A stretch of DNA of 12,760 nt from Candidatus Methylomirabilota bacterium (GCA_046726415.1 JBKPAK010000088.1:1-12760), one strand, 5' to 3'. Shown: positions 1 through 8,600, numbered from the stretch's first letter. The notes: generated from the sequence alone by a model not told the origin. Numbers and translations are program-made.

Positions 1-141
1 GCCTGGCTCAATGGCGCCCGGTATCTCGATCACCGCGATTCGCGATTCACGTCGGGACGCGTGGGATTGTGGACGAAGGCGGATTCGATCACGGCGTTCG
101 ATGACGTCGCGATTCGTGGGGTGACCGCAGGCGCGTCATGA
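1..141 (+). CDS. 3' end of a DUF1080-like (family 16 glycoside hydrolase/concanavalin-like fold) protein, partial; not in ORF track
   Basis: Frame 1 is open from base 1 to TGA at 139-141: AWLNGARYLDHRDSRFTSGRVGLWTKADSITAFDDVAIRGVTAGAS*. GxVGLWTKADSxTxFDD is a C-terminal motif I recognise from DUF1080-like proteins encoded next to DUF1259 genes. Confidence 0.8.
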   Translation, partial: AWLNGARYLDHRDSRFTSGRVGLWTKADSITAFDDVAIRGVTAGAS

Positions 142-192
142 CACGTCTCGCTTCTGCCCCACGCGTCGAACTGAAGAGGGAGGTTCGTCACT

Positions 193-1098
193 ATGAGATC
201 GCCACTATCGCAGCGCACGCTCATCGTCTTCGGTATCGCCCTGATCGTGGGCACGAGCGCAGTCGCGCTCGCGGCGGACCCGGATTGGAAGGCCGTGGAG
301 CAGGCCCTCGGCAAGTCCGGCCAGATGCAGGGTGGCGACGTCTTCCGCGTGGGGATGCCGCGGACCGATCTCGCGGTGACCGTGAAGGGTGTTGCCGTGA
401 AGCCAGGGTTCGCCCTCGGGTCGTACGCGGCCTTCAAGCAGGTGGGAGACCAGGCGATGGTCATGGGCGACCTCGTCCTGCTCGATCGGGAGGTGCCGGC
501 CGTCATGTCCGGGCTCCTGAGCGGGGGCCTCGAGGTCACCGCCGTACACAACCACCTGAATGAGATGTCGCCGCATGTGATGTATGTGCACTACGCGGGC
601 CAGGGCGATGCCGTCCAGCTGGCGAAGGCCCTGCGCCAAGCGTTGTCCGCCAGCGGTACGCCACTAGGGGTAGCCGGGGTGCCTCCGGCACCCGCCACGG
701 GGCCGGTCCTCGACACGAAACAGATCGAGCAGGTCCTCGGCAGGTCGGGAAGAGACATCGGCGGCGGCGTCTTCCAGGTCACGGTGCCCCGCGCCGAGTC
801 GATCACGGAGATGGGGCGGCCATTGCTGCCCGCGATGGGGGTGGCGACTGTCCTGAACTTCCAGCCGCTGGCGGATGGCACTGCGGCGATCACCGGCGAT
901 TTCGTCCTTGTCGGCACGGAAGTGAACGCCGTCGCCCGCGTGCTCCGGCAACACGGGATCGACGTGACCGCGCTCCACAACCACGGGCTCATGGACACGC
1001 CGCGGCTCTTCTACATGCACTTCTGGGCCACGGATGACGCGGTGAAGCTCGCCCATCGGCTGAAAGCGGCACTCGAGCAGACCAATAGCCAGAAGTAG
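193..1098 (+). CDS. Secreted tandem DUF1259 (LppY/LpqO-like) putative metal-binding protein
   Basis: SD GGGAGG at 178-183 before ATG 193; signal peptide (IVFGIALIVGTSAVALA-AD); two internal repeats, each with G-D-x-V-L ... VTA(V/L)HNH ... Y(V/M)H(Y/F), separated by a Pro/Ala linker. Confidence 0.9.
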   Translation: MRSPLSQRTLIVFGIALIVGTSAVALAADPDWKAVEQALGKSGQMQGGDVFRVGMPRTDLAVTVKGVAVKPGFALGSYAAFKQVGDQAMVMGDLVLLDREVPAVMSGLLSGGLEVTAVHNHLNEMSPHVMYVHYAGQGDAVQLAKALRQALSASGTPLGVAGVPPAPATGPVLDTKQIEQVLGRSGRDIGGGVFQVTVPRAESITEMGRPLLPAMGVATVLNFQPLADGTAAITGDFVLVGTEVNAVARVLRQHGIDVTALHNHGLMDTPRLFYMHFWATDDAVKLAHRLKAALEQTNSQK

Positions 1099-1167
1099 CT
1101 TCGCCATCGCTGGGAGCCCAGTGATGCGCCGCCCTCGCGATCGCGCGCGCTCGAGCTTGGGCAGCGC

Positions 1168-2424
1168 GTGATGGTGGAGACCGCCGCCAATCCTGACGTC
1201 GGCCATCTCAAGTGGGTCGATGGGGACGCCAGGATTGTGATCGCGGCGAGGGCGACCCGTAGCTTTGCCCAGAGCGCGGTCGCGGTCCTCATCGCGATCT
1301 ATCTCGGACTTCAGGGCTTCTCGCTCGTGGAGGTGGGCACGTTCCTCACCGTCGGCTCGCTCGGCGCGGCGATCGCGGCGGTCGTGGCGGGGGTGGCGGG
1401 GGACGCCGTCGGACGCCGGCGAACGCTGGTGATTCTGAGCCTCCTTACCGCGGTCTCCGGGATTGCGCTGGTGGCGAGTGACCGCTTTGTCGTGTTGGCC
1501 CTGGCCGCCTTCCTGGGCAATCTCAGCGGCTTCGTTGCCGCAGGCGGGCTGGGCCCGCTTGAACAGGCCGTCTTGGCCGCCGGCGCATCGCCGCGACGAC
1601 GCACCGAGCTCTTCGCTCTGTTCAACATCGTCGGCACCATCGCCGCGGCTCTCGGGGCGCTGGCGTCCGGATTGCCCACCTTGCTCCAGCGCTCGCTCGG
1701 ACTCGGAGAGCTCGCCTCATTCCGTCCATGCTTCGCTGCCTACGCCGGTCTGGCCCTGCTAGGGGCACTGCTCTACAGCCGTCTCTCCCCTCGAGTCGAA
1801 CTCCCGAGCGGTGAGGCACGGTGGACGAATCCGTTCACACTGCCATCGCGGAGCCGGATCTTCACCCTGGCGGGACTCTTCGCAACCGACAGCTTCGGCA
1901 CGGGGCTGATCGTCCAGAGCCTGGCGTCGTACTGGTTCTTCATACGGTTCGGGCTTCAACCCGGCCACCTGGGGGCCTTGTTCTTCGTCTCGAGTGTCTT
2001 GACGGCAATCTCGCTGTGGGCCTCCGCACGCCTCGCCCGGCGCATCGGGCTGCTGAACACGATGGTGTTCACCCACGTCCCTTCCAGCCTCTTCCTGATG
2101 GCCGTGCCGTTCGTCCCCGAAGCCTGGATGGCTGTTGCCCTCTGGTTGCTGAGGGCTTTCTTCCTGCAGATGGACGTCCCGACCAGCCAGTCCTACACGA
2201 TGGCCGTCGTCGCTCGCGCGGAACAGACCGCCATGGCGAGCGCCACCACCGTCAGCCGGAGCGTTGGCGTCGCAGCCGGGCCGTCCGTGGGGACGGCCCT
2301 GTGGAGCGCGATCGGACCCACTGTGCCCTTCCTCGTCGGCGGAGCCGTCAAGATCGCCTATGACCTGACCTTGTGGTGGCTCTTCCGAAGGATCAAACCC
2401 CCCGAGGAGGCGTCGAACGGATAG
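1168..2424 (+). CDS. MFS transporter
   Basis: 418 aa, about 12 hydrophobic segments; motif A-like GVAGDAVGRRR and its second-half copy ARLARRIG; QMDVPTSQSY and KIAYDL near the C-terminus. Start GTG 1168 or ATG 1171; no strong SD. Confidence 0.9.
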   Translation: MMVETAANPDVGHLKWVDGDARIVIAARATRSFAQSAVAVLIAIYLGLQGFSLVEVGTFLTVGSLGAAIAAVVAGVAGDAVGRRRTLVILSLLTAVSGIALVASDRFVVLALAAFLGNLSGFVAAGGLGPLEQAVLAAGASPRRRTELFALFNIVGTIAAALGALASGLPTLLQRSLGLGELASFRPCFAAYAGLALLGALLYSRLSPRVELPSGEARWTNPFTLPSRSRIFTLAGLFATDSFGTGLIVQSLASYWFFIRFGLQPGHLGALFFVSSVLTAISLWASARLARRIGLLNTMVFTHVPSSLFLMAVPFVPEAWMAVALWLLRAFFLQMDVPTSQSYTMAVVARAEQTAMASATTVSRSVGVAAGPSVGTALWSAIGPTVPFLVGGAVKIAYDLTLWWLFRRIKPPEEASNG

Positions 2425-2444
2425 ACAGATGGCGCCCGCGTGGC

Positions 2445-3098
2445 ATGATCGGCTGTATGAGCCGTACCGTCCCCGGCCGCACGGCCTTCCTCTGCGCGAT
2501 GGTCGGATGGCTATTGATGATGGCCTTTCCCGTCCTGACCTTCGCGACCGAGGTGCCTCCGGATGCGCGGTTCTCCGCCCATCCGAGAGCGCGCTTCCCA
2601 CTCACCCTCTTCGTGGGCCCGGCGCGCGATCCCCGGGCGATCGAAGCGCTTCGCACCGTCGTGCGCGACTGGAACGCCCTGTTCGAGACGGCCACCGGTG
2701 TGGGAGCCTTCCGGTGGCATGACCGCGAGGAGGGTGCGGACGTGATCATCCGGTTCGTCCCGGCCACCCTCTCCGGTCCCGGTCCGCGCACGCTCGTGAC
2801 GGCGGATGAGTTCGGGACGATCAAGCTGCCCGTGCTGATCGAGCTGCCTGAGCTGCCGGCGGGGGCGGCCGAGCCCGTCTCGGCACGCGGCGCGGTCGCC
2901 GCCGCTCACGAGCTCGGCCACGCGCTCGGCCTCCCCCACTCGGACGACGTGGAATCCGTCATGTGTTGCCGCCAGGATGGCGCCGTCCTGCGCGATGGGG
3001 AACTCAGGCGCCGCTACCTCGAAGCGCGTGAGCGCGCGGCCGTGCAGTCGGCGCTCCGACAGCTTCTGGAGCTATACCCACGGGCCTGGCACCGGTAG
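2445..3098 (+). CDS. Exported matrixin-family (M10-like metzincin) zinc metalloprotease
   Basis: HELGHALGLPHS = HExxHxxGxxH, followed by Met-turn SVM; hydrophobic N-terminal signal (AFLCAMVGWLLMMAFPVLTFA). The ORF-track start at 2373 overlaps the MFS gene; ATG 2445 or 2457 is more likely. Confidence 0.82.
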   Translation: MIGCMSRTVPGRTAFLCAMVGWLLMMAFPVLTFATEVPPDARFSAHPRARFPLTLFVGPARDPRAIEALRTVVRDWNALFETATGVGAFRWHDREEGADVIIRFVPATLSGPGPRTLVTADEFGTIKLPVLIELPELPAGAAEPVSARGAVAAAHELGHALGLPHSDDVESVMCCRQDGAVLRDGELRRRYLEARERAAVQSALRQLLELYPRAWHR

Positions 3099-3117
3099 AG
3101 CGACGCAGACTCGCTCT
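3097..3117. terminator. Stem-loop between convergent genes (possible bidirectional terminator)
   Basis: AGAGCGA-cgcagac-TCGCTCT, 7-bp perfect stem, between the converging stops at 3098 and 3130; no clear U-tract. Confidence 0.35.
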
Positions 3118-3129
3118 GCGGATTCCTCT

Positions 3130-3774
3130 TCAGTGGCCATGGCCTGGCAGGACCTCGCCCTTCGCCATGGCGAGGTGGTGCGGCCCGTGATGTGCGCCCT
3201 CGGTGAGGAGTCCGATGAAGCCGAGGCCGCGCAGGCGCGCGACGCTCCTCGGATCGTCGGGTGGCTCCGCGGTCACCGTGAGCCGCACGCCACCGGGGAT
3301 GAGCTCGGTCCGCGCCGCATACGCGGGCATCCGGTCAAGCTGGCCCGCATGGGGCACCACCATTGCCCGGATCGCCTGCTCCGTTCGACCACCGCCGGTG
3401 ACGTCCATCACGAGACCGCCCAGCACAAGGCTCTGTTTCACCTGTGCATGCAATACGACCTGGTTCATGTCGATCAGGTGCTGCCGAAGGCGCTCGAGAT
3501 CGACCTTGCTCCAGTCGGTCTTCGGATCGGCCTCGAGGATCTTCGCGACTTCGGCAATCGCGCCAAAGGCGTCCTGACCGGGCAGGGTGGGTGCGCCCGC
3601 GGCCACATGCATCGCCTGCCTGTGCCGGGTGTGCATATCGGACCCGTGCGACGGCATCGGGCGGTTGGACGGATTCGACCCTGAGCCGGGCGCACTCTGA
3701 GCAAGGACTGTGTGCGCCAGCACCGCCCCCACCAGGGCGACGCCGGGCACAATGGCGACGGCTGGTCTCCACAT
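3130..3774 (-). CDS. Exported His/Met-rich protein of unknown function (214 aa)
   Basis: SD AGGAGG then AAATC-ATG at 3774, a better start than 3801; signal peptide MWRPAVAIVPGVALVGAVLAHTVLA; His/Met-rich N-arm (MPSHGSDMHTRHRQAMH); core PTLPGQDAFGAIAEV...DWSKVDLERLRQHLIDM; C-terminal HHGPHHLAMAKG...HGH. Confidence 0.8.
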   Translation of the reverse strand: MWRPAVAIVPGVALVGAVLAHTVLAQSAPGSGSNPSNRPMPSHGSDMHTRHRQAMHVAAGAPTLPGQDAFGAIAEVAKILEADPKTDWSKVDLERLRQHLIDMNQVVLHAQVKQSLVLGGLVMDVTGGGRTEQAIRAMVVPHAGQLDRMPAYAARTELIPGGVRLTVTAEPPDDPRSVARLRGLGFIGLLTEGAHHGPHHLAMAKGEVLPGHGH

Positions 3775-3834
3775 GATTTCCTCCTGTTGGAACCCCATCA
3801 CCAGCCAGCATGGGGAGCAGGAGATCTCCGGATC

Positions 3835-3850
3835 TATGACTTATGTCACA
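3835..3850. promoter_or_regulatory. Crp/Fnr-family operator (TGTGA-N6-TCACA type) upstream of the His-rich protein gene
   Basis: + strand TATGA-CTTATG-TCACA (9/10 to the CRP consensus); an AT-rich palindrome in GC-rich DNA. A -10-like CATGCT on the - strand at 3812-3807 places the box centre near -42. Confidence 0.7.
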
Positions 3851-4548
3851 CCGTCCCGGGCCAGGGCCGTCAGGCGGATCGGATCGCGAATCACGATGCG
3901 TCCCCGCTTTCGCGCGATTACACCGCTCTCCTCGAGCTGGAAAAGCGCCCGGGCCACCAACTCGCGCACCGTCCCCAGCCGCGCAGCGAGCTGGGCTTGG
4001 GTCAGCCTGAGGTCCAATTCTACCTCGGCGGCGACGGGATGGCTGGCAGCGGCGTCGCCGATGTAGCGGGCGAGTCGCTGGAGGATGGGCCGGAACGCGA
4101 GATCGCTCGCCAGGCTGGCGAAGCGGCGAACGCGTTGCGCCATCACCTCGAGGATCGCCAGGGCGACGTCCGGTCGGCGCCGACAGAGATCGAGGACGTC
4201 CGCGCGTGGCACGAACAGGGCCCGCGTGGGGGCGATGGCGACGGCGGAGGCGATGTACCCACCTCGATCGAACAGCGGCGCCTCGCCCAAGGTCGCTCCC
4301 GGCCCCTCGCTGTGGAAGACCTGCTCGCGGCCGCGGAGCGAGATCTGGCGGACCTCGATCGCGCCCTCGGCAACGACGAAGAGCCCGTGGCACGGCGCGC
4401 CCTCCTCGAACAGGAGCTGACCGGGACGGACGATGCGCGTGGCGCATCGGGAAGCCAGGTGACGGAGTTCAGCGGCCGGCAGGGAGCGAAAGTACCCCAC
4501 CCGGGCCAGGAGCGTCGCATTACTCACCGTCGGCCGTGATCTCACCAT
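3841..4548 (-). CDS. Crp/Fnr-family transcriptional regulator
   Basis: cNMP-binding-like beta-roll (GQLLFEEG...LFVVAEG...GREQV...GPGATLGE), C-helix, then HTH LTQAQLAARLGTVRELVARALFQLEESGVI. Confidence 0.93.
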   Translation of the reverse strand: MVRSRPTVSNATLLARVGYFRSLPAAELRHLASRCATRIVRPGQLLFEEGAPCHGLFVVAEGAIEVRQISLRGREQVFHSEGPGATLGEAPLFDRGGYIASAVAIAPTRALFVPRADVLDLCRRRPDVALAILEVMAQRVRRFASLASDLAFRPILQRLARYIGDAAASHPVAAEVELDLRLTQAQLAARLGTVRELVARALFQLEESGVIARKRGRIVIRDPIRLTALARDGVT

Positions 4549-4586
4549 GGTGCATTACTCACCGTCGGCCGCGATCTCACCATGGT
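4517..4586. repeat. 35-bp tandem direct repeat (2 copies, 1 mismatch) spanning the Crp/Fnr start
   Basis: GCATTACTCACCGTCGGCCG(T/C)GATCTCACCATGGT at 4517-4551 and 4552-4586; the copies differ only at 4537(T)/4572(C). Confidence 0.95.
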
Positions 4587-4598
4587 CCTCCGCCGCCG

Positions 4599-4627
4599 AC
4601 TATGATCGCAGCCGCGGATGCGTGCAA
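4599..4627 (-). promoter_or_regulatory. Putative sigma70 promoter of the Crp/Fnr gene
   Basis: - strand TTGCAC (4627-4622), 17-nt spacer, CATAGT (4604-4599), just upstream of SD GGAGG (4591-4587). Confidence 0.4.
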
Positions 4628-4659
4628 GGCAGAGTGCCCGGGCATCAGACGCGCGCTCG

Positions 4660-4810
4660 CCCCGACAACCCTACCTGCTCGCGATCGACGTGCTCGTCAT
4701 GACTGCCGCCAATCCCGCGCTGACGAGGTGCCAATTGCCGGCGTGGTGAAAATCCGTCGACGTGGGGACGAAAAGATTCGTCGTCGAGACCACGGCGAAT
4801 GGCGGCGTAG
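4660..4810 (+). pseudogene. Probable frameshifted remnant of a small exported beta-barrel/OB-fold-like protein
   Basis: Joining frames gives PRQPYLLAIDVLVMTAANPAL / DEVPIAGVVK / SVDVGTKRFVVETTANG, with a missing base near 4721 and an extra A in AAAA 4749-4752: a signal-peptide-like segment followed by a GxVKSVD motif. No start codon or SD recognised. Confidence 0.4.
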
Positions 4811-4928
4811 GAGTCGAGGCCATCTCGTCAGCATTGACAGGAGGGCCTGTTGACGGCAGCATTGGCCTAGAGTCCGCTGATATCAAGCCCAAGAGCCATC
4901 GGTGCAATCCGTTCTAGGAGGTCGAGCC

Positions 4929-5552
4929 ATGGCGACCGCCGCGACGACTCGCTGGCAGCTCAAAGGTCAAGGCTACGAGTTCTGCAACTGCGACTTCGGC
5001 TGCGGCTGCAACTTCGGAGGGTTTCCCAACTCGAAGGACGGCAGTTGCCGGGCCCTGGTCGGCCTCAACATCGGCCAGGGCGCTTGCGCCGATGTGGATC
5101 TTTCCAGCGTGAAGTGCGCCGGAATCTACAGCTGGCCAAAGGCGATCCATGAAGGAAACGGCAAGGTGGCCTTTGTCGTCGACCCGGCGACCACGGATAA
5201 GCAGGTTGATGCGCTGGCCCAGATCTTCACGGGAAAGCTCGGTGGTATGCCCTGGGAGGTTCTGGGACCGACGGCGGACGTCGTGGGCCTGGTGAGGGCC
5301 AAGATCACGATCGAAGGCACCGGCCGGAAGAGCACCTTTCGCGCGGAAGGCGTGGGGGAAGGCCGGGGCGACACCTTCAAGAACCCCGTGACCGGCGAGG
5401 ACCACCTCGCGGATGTCCACCTTCCCAGCGGGTTCATCTGGAAAAAGGGCGAATGCGGTCAGGGATCGTTCAGCGCGGCGGCGGCCGGGCTGTCGGTGGC
5501 GTCTGAGAAGACGAACTGGATCTACTACAACTTCGAGTGGTCGAACGGGTAG
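4929..5552 (+). CDS. DUF1326 family protein (Cys-rich, predicted metal-binding)
   Basis: SD AGGAGG at 4916-4921 before ATG 4929; W-x-L-K-G-x-x-Y-E-F-CNCDFGCGC N-terminal motif, plus WPKAIHEGNG and QxDALAQIFTGKLGG. Confidence 0.88.
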   Translation: MATAATTRWQLKGQGYEFCNCDFGCGCNFGGFPNSKDGSCRALVGLNIGQGACADVDLSSVKCAGIYSWPKAIHEGNGKVAFVVDPATTDKQVDALAQIFTGKLGGMPWEVLGPTADVVGLVRAKITIEGTGRKSTFRAEGVGEGRGDTFKNPVTGEDHLADVHLPSGFIWKKGECGQGSFSAAAAGLSVASEKTNWIYYNFEWSNG

Positions 5553-5622
5553 GCGCTCGGCCGCCGCGCTCGTCGGTGCGGTGCGCTATACGCGGTGCGA
5601 TGCGACCGAGATCTCGATGGCC

Positions 5623-8600
5623 TCACGGCGCAACCGTGCCGTCTCCCCTCGCCTGCTCTAGCCACCAGCGCATGCCCAGCTCGCCGTACATCGTCTGCGC
5701 CATCGCCGTATGTGCGGTGGCCTTCGCGGTGTCGTCCGTCCGGCGGTAGAGCTCGCCGAGACCGCGATGGCAGTGGGCGACGAGCGGGCGCGCCCCTGAC
5801 TGCCCGGCCAACGCCAGCGCATTCCCGTATTGCTCCTTGGCGGCGGCGATCTCCAGCGGACCCCCCGGGCCGCGATGGCCCCGAGGAGGCGCAAGGCCCA
5901 GGCCTCGTTGTCTCGCTCCTTCTGGGCCCGGGCCAGCGCGAGCGCATGATCCGCGCGCTCGCGCGCTTCGCGAAGACGGCCGGCGAGGAGATATCCCTCG
6001 CCCAGTCGGCTGAGCCGCGTGGCGGGGCCGATGCCCATCGCGTCGATCGACTGACCACGCTCGACCGCTTCTTCGAGGAGGGGTAACCCGCTAGCAACGC
6101 GGCCCGCGAGCGCGTACGCGTAGCCAAGGCCCGAGAAGACCGTCGAGTCCCAGATGTTCCAGGCGCGGCTCGGCGCCAAGCCGCGCTCGAACAGCGCGAT
6201 GGCTCGCTCGAGATCGCCCCGGGCGAGATGGACGCGAGCGAGCGCCGCCTGCGCCTCGATGACGCTGTGCGGATGATCGGCCGACTCGGCGACCCGGATC
6301 GCATCCTCGCCGCGCTGGATGGCCTCCGCGAAGAACCCGAGGCTAGAGAGGCCGAGGGCCAGCCACGCCCGGGGCCACGCCGCCAGGTAGGCGGGAAGGC
6401 GCGAGTCGGGCGGTGCCGGCCCTTCCCCGAGGGCGCCCAGGGTTTCGCGCAGGAGATCCACCGAGCGGGCGAAATCCCCGACGGCGAAGTGAGCCTGAGC
6501 CAGACGGTATGTCGCCAATACCTGGAGGTCGCGATCCTGAAGCCGGGCGGCGATCGAGCAGGCCCGCTGGCCGGCGTCGAGCGCACCCGCATGATCGCCC
6601 GTGTTCCGTAGACGGGCGCTCACGTCGGCCACCACATGGCCGAGCCGGGCGTCGTCCTGAAGCTCGGCGGCGATGACCTCGGCCTCGCCGAGGAGGTCGA
6701 GGATCTTCCGGTACTGCCCCAGCGGCGTGAGCGCCGTCCGGAGATCGAGGCGGAGATCGATGGCCGTGGCCATCGCGTCGTGACTCCGCGGAAGATTCGC
6801 GATCGCGCCGAGGGCCTGCTCGAAGCACGTCACGGCCTCGCGGTGCGCCGATCGCGCGATCGCCTTCTCGCCGGCTCGGCGCAGGAAGCCGACGGCCTTG
6901 TCCCACACCTCGCCCCGGAGCGCATGGTGGGCGAGTTGGTCGATGTGCTCCGCCGCGAGCGGCTCGAAGGCCATCATGATCTGCGCATGCAGGTTGCGTC
7001 GCCGCTCCTGCAGCAAGCTGCCATAGGCGACCTCCTGGGTCAGGGCGTGATTGAAGGTGTACTCGACATCGGGGAACAGCGTCCGCTCGTAGAGGAACTC
7101 GGCGGCCTGCAGGTGGGCCACGTGGCGGCGAAACTCGTCGTCGGCGTCCTCAGCCACCGCGCGGAGCAGGGAGAAGGGCACGTCGTTGCCGATTGCCGAG
7201 GCGGACTGGAGCAGGCGCTTAACGTCGTGCGGGAGCCGGTCGATGCGCGCGGCCAGGACGGCGCGGACCGTGGCCGGCACCGCGACGCTCTCGAGGGGAC
7301 GGACCGCGCGATACGCGCCGCGGTCGCCGACCAGCATCGTCGTCTCGACCAGCGTCTTGACGCTTTCCTCGAGGAAGAACGGGTTGCCATCCGTGCGGTG
7401 GATGAGCAGCTGCTTGAGCGGCTCCAGGGAGGCGTCGGTCCCCAGCAGGATCCGAAGCAGTTCGTCGGTGCTCACCGCTGGCAGCGGGTCGACGCGGACC
7501 TGCGTGTAGTAGGTCTTGTCGGCCCAGCCGTGCCGGTACTCCGGGCGGTAGTCGACGAGGAGGAGGACCCGGGCGCCGGCAAGGCTCTCGGCGAGCGCGT
7601 CGAGCAGCGCCTGCGTCTCCGAATCTACCCAGTGAAGATCCTCGAAGACCAGCAGGAGCGGCTGCACTTGGCTCTCGCGGAGCAGCAGCCGGCGGCACGC
7701 GTCCAACGTCTGGCGGCGTCGCTCCCGCGGGTCGAGCGCCTGCCACCGCGCGTCCTCGAACGCGACGTCGAGCAGGGCGAGGAAGGCGGGCAGCGACGCC
7801 AGGAGGCTCGCGTCGAGGGCGACGAGCTTGCCGCTGATTTTCTCTCGGATGCGCTGGCCGCGGTCGCGTTCCTCGACCTGAAAATAGGTGCGGAGCAGAT
7901 CGACGACCGGCATCAGCCCCGTGGCCGCGCCGTAAGAAGCGCCGCTGGCGTGGAGGATGAGCCATCCACTCGCTCCTCGCGAACGCGTCAGCTCGAGAAC
8001 GAGACGCGACTTGCCCACGCCGGGCTCGCCGGTCACCGCCACGACCTGACCGCGGCCGGCCCCTGCCTTCTCCAGCGCCCGCTCTAGCACGGCCAGCTCG
8101 GGCGCGCGGCCGACGAAAGGCGTCAGCCCTCCCGCGGCGGCGGCCTGCAGGCGCGTGCGGCTGGCGCTCGCGCCCACCAGCTCGAAGACCTCGATCGGGT
8201 CGGGCAGCCCCTTGATCGGGATCGGGCCGAGGGCGTCGACCTGCATGCGGCCCTGGGCGAGCCGGAGCGTGTGGGCGGTGAGCCGGATGGATCCGGGGGG
8301 CGCGAGCTGCTCCATTCGCGCCGCCAGATGAGTGGTCTGGCCGACGGCGCTGTAATCCATGCGGAGGTCGCTCTCGATCGCGCGGACCACGACTTCGCCC
8401 GAGTTGAGACCCACGCGGATCTGGATGGGCACGCCGTGCGAGCGAAGGAGTTCGTCGGCGTGGCGCTTGACCGCGGTCTGCATCCCCAGGGCCGCGTAGC
8501 ACCCCCTGACCGCGTGGTCCTCGTGCGCCAGGGGCGCGCCGAAGAGCGCCATGATCCCGTCGCCCATCACCTGATTGACGGTGCCTTCGTAGCGGTGCAC

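Noticed and set aside
4517-4586. 35-bp repeats as a CRISPR array or target-site duplication
   Set aside because: Only two abutting copies with no spacer or inserted element; no cas or transposase genes.
4725-4740. GGTGCCAATT resembling part of a SAM-I riboswitch
   Set aside because: The other SAM-I elements (AUCxAGAG, kink-turn/pseudoknot, GCAACC) are not in register; the stretch is better explained as a coding remnant.
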